Source: Desulfatiglandales bacterium
GTDB taxonomy: Bacteria > Desulfobacterota > DSM-4660 > Desulfatiglandales > HGW-15
Length of the DNA: 64,000 nucleotides
Reading direction: 5' to 3'
Assembly (NCBI GenBank): GCA_963667015.2
Contig: CAXXJJ010000001.1
Coordinates: forward strand, 1,600,001-1,664,000
Shown here: piece by piece, positions 30,347 through 41,436 of the stretch
How the letters are laid out: every line of letters starts with the position of its first letter
How positions within the stretch are numbered: position 1 is the first letter of the stretch
Made by a program: the position numbers and the translations under genes
The notes under the pieces: generated by a model
Told to the model about the DNA's origin: nothing
What the model saw: the letters and a program-made list of their open reading frames with translations, nothing else
Databases searched by the model: none

Positions 30347-31739
30347 CCTAACCATTTTAAAATATTTCCTTGTCCTGCTCTTTTGTATTCTGCTTATGGC
30401 AGGCTGCAATGGCGGCGGCGGGGGAGGAGATGACGGTGATGAAAACCTAGACGATAATCCGGGTGAAGATGAAACAGTTGATCCCGGACAATGGTATATG
30501 CATGCGGTAAAACATCTTGATGCCGAAGGGCTGCTTATTCCCCAGGTTACAGCACAGCCGGGAAATGACGGTAATATAAGAATAGCCTATTTCAGTGACG
30601 GAACCGATTACGGGACGGAAAACCGCTACAATATCAACTTTCTTATCTGGGAACCGGAGACTGATGAGATTATTGATGAAGAATTATTGAATCCTGTTCC
30701 GCCCGAAGCGGGCGGTGAAGGGCTTGACAACTGTAACCCCATAGCAATGGATCTCGGCAATCTTGACTACCCGGTAATTGCCTACCAGGGGGGATACGGC
30801 CGGGACCAGGGACCGGATGCCGAAAGACAGTCTGATGTAATGTTCAGTATTCGGGATGACATTGGATGGGAAGAATATATGGGAGCAATGGGGTATGTCG
30901 AACGCAGTTTTCTCTATGATGGTCTTGCGGGAAGTGATCTGTCTGTAGCTATTGATTCCCGGGGATATATACATCTCTGCTATCAGTTTTATTACGAGGG
31001 TATGGATTCATATAATTTCGGTTACCCTGATTTGAATTATGCCAGGCACAACGGGAATACCCTTAATAACATGATCGGTGACAGCGATTGGGCCGATATT
31101 GAAGAAACTGTATATGGCAGTGAATTTACCGATACTTCAGCAACCCATAGAAATATTGGGCGCAGCTGTAAACTGCTGCTCGACGATAGTGATAATCCGG
31201 TTGTATTTTTTGTGGAAGACACCGATTTCAGTAATACCTACGGCCTCTGGTTTGCCAGGCGCGGGAGTAACGGGAACTGGACCAGACAGTGGGTTGAGAA
31301 GGGCAGTAGCGGGTGGACAATCGGAGATGTAAGTGCTGCAAAGGATCCGGAGGGGAATTTTGCAGTGGCCTATTCAAAGATCTGCCTGAGTTGTGACGAC
31401 GATGAGGGAGATCATCTAAAGTATGCTTCTCAGTCCGGCGATTCATGGGATGTTCAGGTTGTAGACGAATCATCAATCTGCGGATACAGTCCCAGCCTTG
31501 CCTTTGATTCACAGGGTAATCCTTCCATTGCCTATTATGATCTGGAGAGTCACAGCGGACATAATCGTGAATATCTGAAGCTGGCCAGTTTTTCCGGCGC
31601 TGCATGGACTTCGGAAACTGTAATGGAGAATGATGATTTCGGTCATCATAACAGTTTGTGGTTTGACTCTGGCGACAGACCCTTTATTTGTTCCTATTCA
31701 GAGGAAGAGGATGATATCGCAATTTTTGAAAAGCATTAA
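30318..31739 (+). CDS. Acidic lipoprotein with beta-propeller-like repeats
   Basis: Lipobox LMAG-C; repeats such as G..PSLAFD..G.P.IAYY and LKYA....W...VD. Confidence 0.7.
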   Translation: MLALRYHKTNLTILKYFLVLLFCILLMAGCNGGGGGGDDGDENLDDNPGEDETVDPGQWYMHAVKHLDAEGLLIPQVTAQPGNDGNIRIAYFSDGTDYGTENRYNINFLIWEPETDEIIDEELLNPVPPEAGGEGLDNCNPIAMDLGNLDYPVIAYQGGYGRDQGPDAERQSDVMFSIRDDIGWEEYMGAMGYVERSFLYDGLAGSDLSVAIDSRGYIHLCYQFYYEGMDSYNFGYPDLNYARHNGNTLNNMIGDSDWADIEETVYGSEFTDTSATHRNIGRSCKLLLDDSDNPVVFFVEDTDFSNTYGLWFARRGSNGNWTRQWVEKGSSGWTIGDVSAAKDPEGNFAVAYSKICLSCDDDEGDHLKYASQSGDSWDVQVVDESSICGYSPSLAFDSQGNPSIAYYDLESHSGHNREYLKLASFSGAAWTSETVMENDDFGHHNSLWFDSGDRPFICSYSEEEDDIAIFEKH

Positions 31740-31796
31740 GCTCATGAAACAGGAATATTTTTGTATACAACACTTTGAAATGTGGAGGTCCGGATC

Positions 31797-32618
31797 ATGA
31801 AAAGTAAAATTATAAAAAAAGTTTATATATTTTTAATTTGCGCCCTGCTTGTCGGCTGGTCCGCAGGATCAGTAAATGCCCAGTGGACAAATGATATTTT
31901 TGATGAGTGCCCTGATGACCAGTGCGGGGCTCCTCCTTCAGGAGGGGTAGGCGGCGGAGGTGCCGGCGGAGGACCTCTTGTAATTTCATATAACTTTGGT
32001 CCCGTATTCTATCCCATGGAAGATATTGATTATGACGGTACCTTTGATCTTATTGATAACTGCTGGAATGAACCCAACGATCAGGCGGAAAACCAGGATG
32101 GGGATGATCTGGGAGATGCATGTGATAATTGTCCCTACATAGCCAATAATGATCAGATTGATTCGGATGGAGACGGTTATGGCGATGCATGCGATGACGA
32201 TGATGATGATGACGGAATACTAGATGTTTCCGACAGCTGTCCAAGGTTATATGATCCCAGCGGGACTGACAGTGATAACGACGGCACAGGTGATGTATGT
32301 GACGATGACGATGATAATGACGGGGTCCCTGATTCAGTGGATAACTGCAGACTTGTTGCAAACCCGGGCCAGGAGAACAATGACTACTATGCCATAGGTG
32401 ATAACGAAGGTGATCAGTGTGACAATGATCTGGACAATGACGGTTTTCTGGAACCATACGAAGATCTCTGTCCGAGGTGCAGGTCCTTTACAAACAATGA
32501 CACTGATAATGACGGCATAGGTGATGCCTGCGATAACTGTCCCTATACAGCCAATTCCGATCAGTTTGACGGTGACCATGACGGAATAGGAGATGCCTGT
32601 GATGATGAAAATTCTTAA
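31797..32618 (+). CDS. Secreted thrombospondin type-3 repeat protein (MtsC-like)
   Basis: Many DxDxDGxGDxCDNCP..AN.DQ repeats after a C....CG.P..GG-rich N-terminus. Confidence 0.85.
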   Translation: MKSKIIKKVYIFLICALLVGWSAGSVNAQWTNDIFDECPDDQCGAPPSGGVGGGGAGGGPLVISYNFGPVFYPMEDIDYDGTFDLIDNCWNEPNDQAENQDGDDLGDACDNCPYIANNDQIDSDGDGYGDACDDDDDDDGILDVSDSCPRLYDPSGTDSDNDGTGDVCDDDDDNDGVPDSVDNCRLVANPGQENNDYYAIGDNEGDQCDNDLDNDGFLEPYEDLCPRCRSFTNNDTDNDGIGDACDNCPYTANSDQFDGDHDGIGDACDDENS

Positions 32619-34245
32619 AATACTAATTGCCCTGCTCATGCTGTCTGCAATTGTTTCCTGTGATGCCCCCCCTCTTGAGCGCTTTATGGCAAGAGATGAG
32701 GTGACAATTCACGCCAGTTTCCTTACCGAGGATCCGGAGAATATTATCTTTCCGGTTAAGGTGCTGTTTGCAATAGACTGCTCCGGCAGCATGGGCGGAA
32801 CTGCAGCCGGAATAGAGGGCGGGTCTGATCCTGAAGGGCTGCGGCTGGATGCTGTAAGGGAATTTGTGAATACCTACAATACGGATGAGTTCCCGAATGT
32901 TTCGTTTGAAGTCATGCTCTGGAATCTGTCAATCATGGATACAACTGACAATGATAACCATCAGCCCGGTTTCACACGTTCGGCTTCTGAAATCAACAGG
33001 GTCCTTGATGGTGCCAATAATCAGTCCATGACAGACTATCTCGGGACCCTGGATGCCATAAGGGCGGATATTGAAAATGATATCCACCGAACAGCGCAGG
33101 AGTCAGGCGGAGCCGATACGCTGGTGAGAACAAAGTATATTGTGCTGTTTTTCAGTGATGGTCTTCCCAATGTCCCTGACGGGGCAGGATCAGCCATGAT
33201 CCAGTCGGATGCGGATATCTGGGACAGGGTTGATGAGCTCAATGAAATGATAAACGAAAACGGTGTCGGCGGTTTTAATTTTCATACATTTCTTCTTTCA
33301 TCGCTTTTCGGACCCGGCGATGAGGAGAATATGGCCCGGGCTGTCAATACCCTGCAGCAAATGTCATTTAGGGCAAGCAGTGTTTTCATGGAATTTGAAA
33401 ATGCCGAGGCAATTGATTTTGTGAACGTTACGGACATGCGGTTAACTGCAGAATATACTATTGAGTTTGCCCTGGCCTTTAACCAGAACGTCAAGCCGGG
33501 AACAGAACTGGTTCATGTAGACAGCGACGGCGACTGGTTTGATGATGCCGAAGAGCTTATGGCCGGAACCGACCCTCAACTGCCGGACACGGATAATGAT
33601 GGAATGGGGGATTTCTTTGAGATTAAAGTAAGCTCTCCTCAGCAGGAACTTGATCCCCTGGTTGCTGACAGTCCATGCCAGGCATCTGGTGACGGTTTAT
33701 GGCCGGACACGGATCTCGACGGTCTGACAGATTGTGAAGAATATGTAAAGGGTACAAACAGGTATATGACAGATACGGACCAGGACGGAATCCCTGATGG
33801 AATAGAGTTTTATATGGGAACCAATCCTCTGGTTAATGAACTTACCAAGGACAGTGATTTTGACGGGAATCCTGACTGGCTCGAGGTCAGGGCTCATACA
33901 AATGTTTCTGCCAATGACCCGCAGATACGCAGGGATAACAGCTATGAGTATAATCTGATCGACCAGGGATTTCCTGTAGACGAGGAAACCGGATCGCTCA
34001 TGCCCATGCGCCAGTATGACCTCACTATCGGTAACATAGATATCATGAATACGCTGGGTTATACGGTGGGAGACATTACCTATCTCGAAGCGGGCGATAA
34101 TATTATTCGTGTCTACGTTGCTCAGCGGCCTGCCGATCTTCCCAACAGTCCGCTGATATTCAGAATGGCAGAGATACAGATAAATTTTGATGAAGACGAG
34201 AGAGATATTTATCTGACCCCTGGTGATTTTGAATTACTTGATTAA
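32602..34245 (+). CDS. VWA-domain lipoprotein with Ca-binding DxDxDG repeats (CglB/MtsD-like)
   Basis: Lipobox IVS-C; MIDAS DCSGSM, T and FFSDG; repeats DTD.DG..D..E...GT.P. Confidence 0.8.
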   Translation: MMKILKILIALLMLSAIVSCDAPPLERFMARDEVTIHASFLTEDPENIIFPVKVLFAIDCSGSMGGTAAGIEGGSDPEGLRLDAVREFVNTYNTDEFPNVSFEVMLWNLSIMDTTDNDNHQPGFTRSASEINRVLDGANNQSMTDYLGTLDAIRADIENDIHRTAQESGGADTLVRTKYIVLFFSDGLPNVPDGAGSAMIQSDADIWDRVDELNEMINENGVGGFNFHTFLLSSLFGPGDEENMARAVNTLQQMSFRASSVFMEFENAEAIDFVNVTDMRLTAEYTIEFALAFNQNVKPGTELVHVDSDGDWFDDAEELMAGTDPQLPDTDNDGMGDFFEIKVSSPQQELDPLVADSPCQASGDGLWPDTDLDGLTDCEEYVKGTNRYMTDTDQDGIPDGIEFYMGTNPLVNELTKDSDFDGNPDWLEVRAHTNVSANDPQIRRDNSYEYNLIDQGFPVDEETGSLMPMRQYDLTIGNIDIMNTLGYTVGDITYLEAGDNIIRVYVAQRPADLPNSPLIFRMAEIQINFDEDERDIYLTPGDFELLD

Positions 34246-34270
34246 TATCGTAACAGGAAGAGGTGCTATC

Positions 34271-36637
34271 ATGAAAAAACTGATATATATATTATTTGGT
34301 ATGATGATATTTACTGCATGTAACTCTGATGATGGAGATAATTCAGACAGCAGTACATTACAGCTTAATCAGGCTATCACAGGGGCTATTTCTGTGGAAG
34401 GAGAGGTCGATCTGTATCATGTCAGGGTCAACGATGCCAATACGATTCTTACTGTATCCTGTGAGGGCGATACCGTTCATCCTGTTGTGGATACCCTGGT
34501 TACAGTTTATCAGGATGAGGTTGATGAGAATAACCGAATGCTGGCAGACCATTCACCCGAGGATTCATACCTGCCTGCCGATGTTAATATGAATCTTTAT
34601 ATTGATACCCCGAAGGATATATACATTGCGGTAAGAGACTTTATGGACGATGAGGCTGATCCGGATCAGAAATATCATCTCACCGTATCTACTGCTGCGT
34701 CTACGGAAGAAAATAACGATTTTTCCAGTGCTGTTGCTGTTACAGTAGATGACCCTGCCAGCGCGGCAGAGGATAAAATTGACTATATCGGTGATAAAGA
34801 CTGTTTTTCATTTTCAGTCAGTGCCGAAGGCGTCTATGCAGTATCAATAGATTTTGACCCCTTTGTAGGCGGATCAAGCGTAAGGCCGGCAGCGCAGCTT
34901 TTCGGGCCTGATGGAGATCTTATTGATGCTACTACAAGCATTCCCGGTACCGGATTCTATTTTACGGCTCATCTGATGCCGTCAGCAGATCCATATCATA
35001 TTGTAGTAGAAGATACCGGAAATGACGATTCCGACCAGTCATCTCCATACAGTGTAAGCGTGAATTCTGCGGCCGCAAACGAATTCTTTGATAATGATAT
35101 ACAGGCTGAAGCTGCCATGCTGACTGATGCGGGAGGAAATACATTTTCAGCAAGTGCGGCACTTGATTATGCCTCTTCCTCGGAAAGCGATGATCATACA
35201 GGAGATCAGGACTGGTACAGCATTCCGGTAGGAGCTGCCAGTGTATCCGGTATCAAGGTCCTTAATCTATCCATGACCGATACAGATGCTTCCCAGGACC
35301 AGAGCTATCGTATCAGTCTTATTGACGAAACCGGAAGTGTACTGCTTGCCCATGATTACGCCGGGGGGGCTGCGCCATACAGATGTCAGGTGATGGCAGG
35401 TACGGGGATTCATTATATTCAGGTACAGGCCGCTGAAAATGCGAGGCTTCAGGAAAGTGAGCCCTATCAGATTTCTGTTGAAGTAATTGGTGTGGCGGAT
35501 CCTGATGAAGAAGGTGACGGCAATAATACCGAGAGTTTTGCAACTGATATTATCCCCGGAACACCTGTAGAAGGTAAGATTGCCTATAGAGGTGATGTTG
35601 ACTGGTATAAAATTGATGTCCCCACCGGTACTTCAAAAATCCTTGAAGTATTCCTGGACAGCGATGCATCCATGGTAGATTATGATGTCCAGGTTCAGTT
35701 GAATAACAGCACAATAAAGAAGATCTATGATTCAAACGGATCAGACGGTCCTGTTCAGCTTGAAACAGGGATTTATATTCCTGCAAATTCACAGAGCATA
35801 ACAGAATATTATATAAAGGTGGCGGATTACCAGGGAGATGATGGAGATGCCTTACCATATAACCTGGAGGTCAACGTCCTATCTGTACCAGATGGTGCCG
35901 TTGTGGGTTCAGCACCCGACGGTGCTTACCGTTACTACTTCAGTGAAGACGAGGAATATAACATGGGCCCGGATTCATCCAGGTCGACGGGTCTTGAAAT
36001 AGAGGTCTTGTACGATGATCAGCCTGAGTTCAATGCAGATACGAGCCTGCTTAATTTCAGGGCGGCAGATCTTGCCTCTCTTCACATAACAAGAACGGAT
36101 AATGGCGATGGGACAGTAACATTTGAGATGCCATGGATCGCAGGTTTTGTAGATTACCAGGGTGACAGGGATCTTTTCCAGCTTGACCTTGGTACACTTG
36201 ATCCGGCGATACCCGACACTCACTGGTATTATGATATAGAGATACAGCTCGCTACTGCAGCAGGATCGACAACAGATGTGGAGTACAACTGGAAATTCTA
36301 CCGCGACCATAATGGAAACGGCATTGTTATGGATAATCCGGGAGCAGACGACGGCTATAAGGCCTGTGACGGGGATATGACTCTTACAACTGAGGCCATA
36401 AATATAACCACGCCTGGCGGTACCGATGAATTCTATGTAGGAGATCTTTGGACAACAACCACACCTAAAATCTATACAGTTTATATCGGTATGAGTGATT
36501 ATAATTACATGAATCTTCCCACTTCAAATCCGGATACTCCAACAGTCAATCCCAATCCTGATAATGACTGGGGATATGATACCCCCTATTATTTCAAGGT
36601 AAACCTGACCTATCATCCGGGAGTATCCTATCCATAA
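34271..36637 (+). CDS. Large acidic lipoprotein with PPC-like repeats (MtsF-like)
   Basis: Lipobox FTA-C; repeated G.I.Y.GD.DWY units; C-terminal DWGYD.PYYFK. Confidence 0.68.
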   Translation: MKKLIYILFGMMIFTACNSDDGDNSDSSTLQLNQAITGAISVEGEVDLYHVRVNDANTILTVSCEGDTVHPVVDTLVTVYQDEVDENNRMLADHSPEDSYLPADVNMNLYIDTPKDIYIAVRDFMDDEADPDQKYHLTVSTAASTEENNDFSSAVAVTVDDPASAAEDKIDYIGDKDCFSFSVSAEGVYAVSIDFDPFVGGSSVRPAAQLFGPDGDLIDATTSIPGTGFYFTAHLMPSADPYHIVVEDTGNDDSDQSSPYSVSVNSAAANEFFDNDIQAEAAMLTDAGGNTFSASAALDYASSSESDDHTGDQDWYSIPVGAASVSGIKVLNLSMTDTDASQDQSYRISLIDETGSVLLAHDYAGGAAPYRCQVMAGTGIHYIQVQAAENARLQESEPYQISVEVIGVADPDEEGDGNNTESFATDIIPGTPVEGKIAYRGDVDWYKIDVPTGTSKILEVFLDSDASMVDYDVQVQLNNSTIKKIYDSNGSDGPVQLETGIYIPANSQSITEYYIKVADYQGDDGDALPYNLEVNVLSVPDGAVVGSAPDGAYRYYFSEDEEYNMGPDSSRSTGLEIEVLYDDQPEFNADTSLLNFRAADLASLHITRTDNGDGTVTFEMPWIAGFVDYQGDRDLFQLDLGTLDPAIPDTHWYYDIEIQLATAAGSTTDVEYNWKFYRDHNGNGIVMDNPGADDGYKACDGDMTLTTEAINITTPGGTDEFYVGDLWTTTTPKIYTVYIGMSDYNYMNLPTSNPDTPTVNPNPDNDWGYDTPYYFKVNLTYHPGVSYP

Positions 36638-36672
36638 GCATCCGGTATATTTTTATATCCATCCTCCAAAAG

Positions 36673-36711
36673 CCCCCCTGGAAAACAATAATTATTATTT
36701 TTCCAGGGGGG
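36673..36711 (+). terminator. GC-clamped hairpin closing the agl-glt-mts-like operon
   Basis: cccccctggaaaa...ttttccagggggg. Confidence 0.65.
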
Positions 36712-36762
36712 TAATATCTTTATAAGGCAATAATAGAGATAGAGCATCCCGTTCGCCAGGTC

Positions 36763-36792
36763 GTCATTCCACGGCTTGACCGTGGAATCCAG
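36763..36792. repeat. GTCATTCC...GGAATCCAG-type palindromic element
   Basis: attccacgg-cttga-ccgtggaat stem-loop with the typical flanks. Confidence 0.6.
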
Positions 36793-36997
36793 TTGTTTTT
36801 GACGTACGGTTATTGAAACCTGTCAATAATAAAGGATTTCCCTGTTAAACATTTTTTGCATTTGTTTAGCCGGGATCTAACCCTTTTTGGTTTCTATTAA
36901 AGCCTCTCTTAATTATTAATCAAAGCCAGTTAAAACTTATGAACTTATGGGCATTAGGTTTTACAAAAAGGAATGAAAGTTTTTGGATAGGCGCTGG

Positions 36998-37387
36998 TTA
37001 AAATGAAAAAATTCGAAGGCGAGGTATCCTCGAAAAATGGGCTCTGTTCCTTGTAATAATGGGAATATCATAGGTTATGCATATGCCTGCGATAAGGATA
37101 TCCTGATTTCCTATTAAATTACCCTTTTTTTTCAATTCATTATAGATTTCTGCGGATATTTCCGCATGTTTCTCTTCGAAAGAAAAGACAGGAAGGAGCG
37201 AAGTCAGGTCGTCAATCTGCTTTATCCTTTTTTTGCCGATTATGCCTGCATACAATTCAAAGACAGTAATAGATGTCAAGGCAAGTCTGTCCTGCAGTAT
37301 TAACTGTTCTATAGTAGATGCTGCTGGTTCAGCTCCTGAAAAGAAATCAATAATTACATCGGTGTCAGCGATTACGATTTTTTCCAA
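36998..37387 (-). CDS. vapC: PIN-domain toxin
   Basis: DTDVIIDF, ITVFEL, DILIAG, TRN..HF.RI. Confidence 0.92.
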   Translation of the reverse strand: MEKIVIADTDVIIDFFSGAEPAASTIEQLILQDRLALTSITVFELYAGIIGKKRIKQIDDLTSLLPVFSFEEKHAEISAEIYNELKKKGNLIGNQDILIAGICITYDIPIITRNRAHFSRIPRLRIFSF

Positions 37388-37614
37388 TTTTTTCTCAGTT
37401 CTTTTATACCGGTTTTTATTTCCTCAGCCTCTTTTCCCCAGTTTCCTTTCATTGCAAGAACATTGTCTTTAATTTCTGTCAGTTTTGCCTGATCTGTAAT
37501 GTATTGTTCTATTGCATCTTCAATGATTTTAGAATAGCCACGTAAGCCTTTTTGTGCAGCAATAGAAAGCAGTGCACTTCTATGTTTGTCTGATATTTCG
37601 ATTGTTGTCCGCAT
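37372..37614 (-). CDS. RHH antitoxin (VapB-like)
   Basis: MRTTIEI RHH start; overlaps the PIN toxin. Confidence 0.8.
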   Translation of the reverse strand: MRTTIEISDKHRSALLSIAAQKGLRGYSKIIEDAIEQYITDQAKLTEIKDNVLAMKGNWGKEAEEIKTGIKELRKNWKKS

Positions 37615-38105
37615 TTATTGTCTCCTTAATATTTGAATATTCTAGTATTTAAGTATCTGAATGTCAATTTAGAGATATTTTGTGATCGGGCTTATAGCCT
37701 AATTTTTTTCTCTTAAGCTGAAAAACAGCTAATAGCCTTTGGTGACGCAGGAAACCATGTTTGTCAGAGGGTCTTGTCCCAGCATAACATTGGTAATTTA
37801 TGAAAAGGAGAAAATATTGAATTCATTAGCCCTGTCATTTCGAAGTTAAACTGAGAAATCTTGTCTCTTCGTCTTTACTAACAGCCTTCAGCCTGAAAAG
37901 CTACAGCCTGTCTTCCAAATCTTGAACCTTGAATCTGGAATTTTGAATATTTCAAATAATTTGCTCAATTAATTGAAAATCCCTTGATTTTTCAATCCAT
38001 TAGTCTTAAATCTTTACAGGAATATTGAATTACTGCCTTACAAGTCTTTCTTAATTATTAATCAAAGCCTGCTAAAACTTATAAAATTATGGACATCCCA
38101 TGTTC

Positions 38106-38313
38106 AAAGGTGCCCAAATTGATTTCTGTGGCGAATACGAATGGAATGATAAAGGAGGAGTTGTGCATTGGACACATCATGACCCTGATGGATACCATGA
38201 CGATGGATGGTTAAAGCATGATGGGAAAAAATATCAATAGAAAATTGTAAGGCTGAACCAATGCTTTTATAGCCAGGTGAATTAGCAATAATGGTTAAAA
38301 GAGCTAAACGGAG
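38106..38313 (+). pseudogene. Fragment: 3' end of a DUF3465 gene plus downstream DNA, diverged copy of 43465-43672
   Basis: KGAQIDFCGEYEWNDKGGVVHWTHHDPDGYHDDGWLKHDGKKYQ*; colinear over 208 bp. Confidence 0.85.
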
Positions 38314-38334
38314 TATTATCCCCTTTAGACCAGA

Positions 38335-38826
38335 TTATTTCCACAGATCCTTCGACATCTCTCCCACCCGGACAGGTTCAAAAGAATCAAAATATATGTC
38401 CCTGACCATCCGCATATCTTTCCATAAAAGAGCATAACCTTTTGTGCGTTTAGCTGCCTTTATTTTATTCTGCCACATGGCAATCTCTTCCGCTGTTCCC
38501 TCCCTCTTTTCTCCTGCAGAACCCATAAGCCTTACAGAAGGAGGTGTAGAGAATTTCCCTGTAAAAAACGATTTAAGCCAGGACAGTATCCCACTGTTAA
38601 CTGCAAGAATGCATACACGTTGATTTTTTTTGATGTTCTTTGACGTGTTGACAGAAAATTGATCAAAGTAAAAACCTGTTCTGTCATCCCGAAGGAAAAG
38701 GGCTCCTATCGGGGTTACATGGGGAGTGCCGTCCGGATTTACTGTTGCTACTGCAAAATGCCTGGTAGTTTTCTGGCTTTCACGAAATACTGCCTGGATG
38801 GTTTTCCAGTGTTTTCCTATTTCCAT
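38335..38826 (-). CDS. Pyridoxamine 5'-phosphate oxidase-family protein
   Basis: ATVNPDGTPHVTPIG, T..NI..N.RVC. Confidence 0.85.
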   Translation of the reverse strand: MEIGKHWKTIQAVFRESQKTTRHFAVATVNPDGTPHVTPIGALFLRDDRTGFYFDQFSVNTSKNIKKNQRVCILAVNSGILSWLKSFFTGKFSTPPSVRLMGSAGEKREGTAEEIAMWQNKIKAAKRTKGYALLWKDMRMVRDIYFDSFEPVRVGEMSKDLWK

Positions 38827-38843
38827 TGGTTACCTCTTTGTTA

Positions 38844-40133
38844 TCAACTTTCGTATCTATTATTAATCCTGACCCTCGCTCCAAGCTGCTCAAACAGGCG
38901 CAGCATCCCGTAGCGGGTACGATCAAGGTAAACAAAATTGGCGTTTGCCTTAAAGTGCTGTCTCATTTTAAAGATGTTTTGAGAAATCGCCTTTGCGCTT
39001 TTCATAAAATCGGGGTTTGCACCAAAATCAAAAACCGGTTCTGCAACCAGCTGACTGTACCAGTCACTGAAACCTGACACTGTATCCCTTAAAATCTCTT
39101 CGGAAGAGGGATCGAGTTCGCCTTTTAGAAGATCGAACTCCCTGAACATGCGCATGTGGGTATCACTGTCCCGGTTGGTTAATGCCCTGATCAGCTGCCT
39201 GTATTTTTCCACGAATTCCGGATCAAAATGACGGACACATCCGAAATCCACAATCCCGACATTTAAGTCATCATCAATAATGAAATTACCCGGGTTCGGA
39301 TCGGCGTGTATGCAGTTAAGGTCATAAAAGCAGTACAGGAAAAAATCGTGCAGACGCCCGGCTATGGTGTCTCTTGCGTCCTGACCCGGTGCGGTTTTCA
39401 GCCACTCGTTAAGGGGCAGGCCCTTAAGGAGAGTCATGCTCAGCACGGTATCAGTGCAAAACTCTTTTTTTACTTCGGGCATGTAAAACCCGTTTTCAGG
39501 CATCCGGCCTGCAAACCATTCAATATTTTCCGCTTCCTGCCTGTAATCTATCTCTTCTGCCAGACGCTGTTCGATCTCTTCCAGGGCAGGAAGAATCATA
39601 TCGTATTCGGCCAGGGGACGCAGGATCTGCCCTACAAGCTGCATATCGGCACTTATACTTTTTGCTATGCCGGGATACTGCACCTTGACTGCCAGTGGTG
39701 TATTATCCCCTGTTACTGCACTGTGTACCTGGCCAAGACTTGCTGCAGCAAAGGCACGGGTATCAAAGCTTTTAAAGACAGTCTCCAATGGCTGCAGGAA
39801 GGCATTAGCCACTGTTTTACGCACCATGGCCTGGTTCATGGGAGGCAGCTTGTTATATGATTTTGTAAGCTCTTTGCAGATTGATTCAGGAATTATATCC
39901 AGCTCAAAGCTCAGCATCTGGGCTATTTTGACTGCAGTGCCTTTGAGCATGCTCAGGGCGTTAAATAAAATGGCAGCGCTTTCTTCTTCCATCTGCTTTT
40001 TTGCCAGGTATTTTCCAGAGTCCGAAAGAAAGGGACGTTTTGCATAATAGCCCAGGAGCTTTCCACCAACCTTAAAAGCGGTTTTACTGCCAATAGCGCT
40101 TCTTCGTAATTTACCCTGGGGTATCTCATTCAT
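38844..40133 (-). CDS. ABC1/AarF/UbiB-family atypical kinase
   Basis: KIAQMLS, AAASLGQVH, AVKVQYPG, EEIDY, HADPNPGNF, DFGC. Confidence 0.92.
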   Translation of the reverse strand: MNEIPQGKLRRSAIGSKTAFKVGGKLLGYYAKRPFLSDSGKYLAKKQMEEESAAILFNALSMLKGTAVKIAQMLSFELDIIPESICKELTKSYNKLPPMNQAMVRKTVANAFLQPLETVFKSFDTRAFAAASLGQVHSAVTGDNTPLAVKVQYPGIAKSISADMQLVGQILRPLAEYDMILPALEEIEQRLAEEIDYRQEAENIEWFAGRMPENGFYMPEVKKEFCTDTVLSMTLLKGLPLNEWLKTAPGQDARDTIAGRLHDFFLYCFYDLNCIHADPNPGNFIIDDDLNVGIVDFGCVRHFDPEFVEKYRQLIRALTNRDSDTHMRMFREFDLLKGELDPSSEEILRDTVSGFSDWYSQLVAEPVFDFGANPDFMKSAKAISQNIFKMRQHFKANANFVYLDRTRYGMLRLFEQLGARVRINNRYES

Positions 40134-40866
40134 TTGACAGGTTCTCCATAAACCTGCGCTTGACAGTCTGCACTGTTTCAATTTTTTCTTTGAACAGATC
40201 CATTCTTGACAGGACATGCTGTTTAAAAAGAAAGGTCATGATATCAAAGATCTTATTGGCGATCCCGCTTTTGATCATGGAGCAGGCAAGATCAAGGCTT
40301 TTATCTATGAGAACAGTGGTATCAGTGAACTGTTCGGATGTATCCTTAAGCCAATAGTGCACCATGGCAATATAGTAATCCCAGAAGAACTGGTGACTGA
40401 TTTCGAGAAAAACCTGGTCAGGGATTTCTTCAACCTCTATTGCCGCCTCGTATATTTCCCGGATAATTGCATTAAAACTGTTCCTGATGGGTTTAAGCTC
40501 CCGATAGGATGAACTGAAACTCAAAAAGACTGCCTTATTGGTTTCAGCCACAAATTCGCGGTCGGCAAGGTAAAGGTCCAGGCTGGTCTCAATTACAGTC
40601 TGAAGCTGTTCCTGAAATCCAAAGGTATGAAAGTCATCAAGGGCTTTAAGATGTTCTGTCAGATCCTGTATGTGATCCTGATAGTACCCGAAGAGGATGG
40701 ATTCCTTTGTCGGAAAATAGTTATAGATAGTGGCATCAGCAATCCCGGCGCTCCGGGCAATGGCTTTCATGGTGGTTGAACCGATACCCTTTTCAGTAAT
40801 AACATCAACCGCCGCTCTTATGATTTTTTTGCGCTTTTCCTCTTTTTGTTCTCTGTTTATTTTCAT
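40126..40866 (-). CDS. TetR/AcrR-family regulator
   Basis: IARSAGIADATIYNYFPTKE HTH; heads a three-gene operon. Confidence 0.9.
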   Translation of the reverse strand: MKINREQKEEKRKKIIRAAVDVITEKGIGSTTMKAIARSAGIADATIYNYFPTKESILFGYYQDHIQDLTEHLKALDDFHTFGFQEQLQTVIETSLDLYLADREFVAETNKAVFLSFSSSYRELKPIRNSFNAIIREIYEAAIEVEEIPDQVFLEISHQFFWDYYIAMVHYWLKDTSEQFTDTTVLIDKSLDLACSMIKSGIANKIFDIMTFLFKQHVLSRMDLFKEKIETVQTVKRRFMENLSNE

Positions 40867-41001
40867 TTCAATGCTCCTAAAGAAAATATGTAACCTATTA
40901 ATGAGCTTATTGACTCATATATTATATAGCGTTTTCATATTAGTCAATGTAATAGTCATTAAACCTGCCTTTTTCCTCTACGTAAATAATTAAAATAAAA
41001 G

Positions 41002-41054
41002 TTGACATCGGTATCAATTGATACTAGTATTTCTTATCAGGTATCAATTGATAT
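41002..41054 (+). promoter_or_regulatory. sigma70 promoter with two palindromic operators for the TA operon
   Basis: TTGACA-17 bp-TAGTAT; gtatcaattgatac at 41011-41024 and gtatcaattgatat at 41041-41054. Confidence 0.8.
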
Positions 41055-41068
41055 CTTGAAAGGACGCA

Positions 41069-41434
41069 ATGAAACGGCCGTCTAATAAGGAGCTTTACAA
41101 CAGAATAAAACATGCTCTTGAGCTTAGTTCAAATGAAACTTTAAGAATTATTGATCCTGCAACATTAGCAGCCGATTCAATCGAACTGGGTTATCTGGTC
41201 AGGGATCTGCAAACTACTCTCATTTCTGTTTTAAATGAAATTGGACCTGGAAACTATGCTGGAACACGACCGCCGCAGAAATCTTACAAAGTTCAAATAA
41301 AGGATTCAGAACTTTTTGCCTTTAGCTGGAAAAGTAAAACATTTGGCTGTGAAGCGTACATTAAATTTTGTTTCAAAAATGATTGTTTATACCTTGTCTC
41401 CTTACATCGAGATAGAAAAGAGAAAGGAGGTTAA
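41069..41434 (+). CDS. Putative MqsR/RelE-like toxin
   Basis: Small basic protein with C-terminal YIKF.......LVSLH, upstream of an MqsA-like gene. Confidence 0.65.
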   Translation: MKRPSNKELYNRIKHALELSSNETLRIIDPATLAADSIELGYLVRDLQTTLISVLNEIGPGNYAGTRPPQKSYKVQIKDSELFAFSWKSKTFGCEAYIKFCFKNDCLYLVSLHRDRKEKGG

Positions 41435-41436
41435 AA

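Noticed and set aside
36821..36835. Another RAYT right IR (tgtcaataataaagg)
   Set aside because: Only a partial match, lacking the ctgacccc end; too weak to call.
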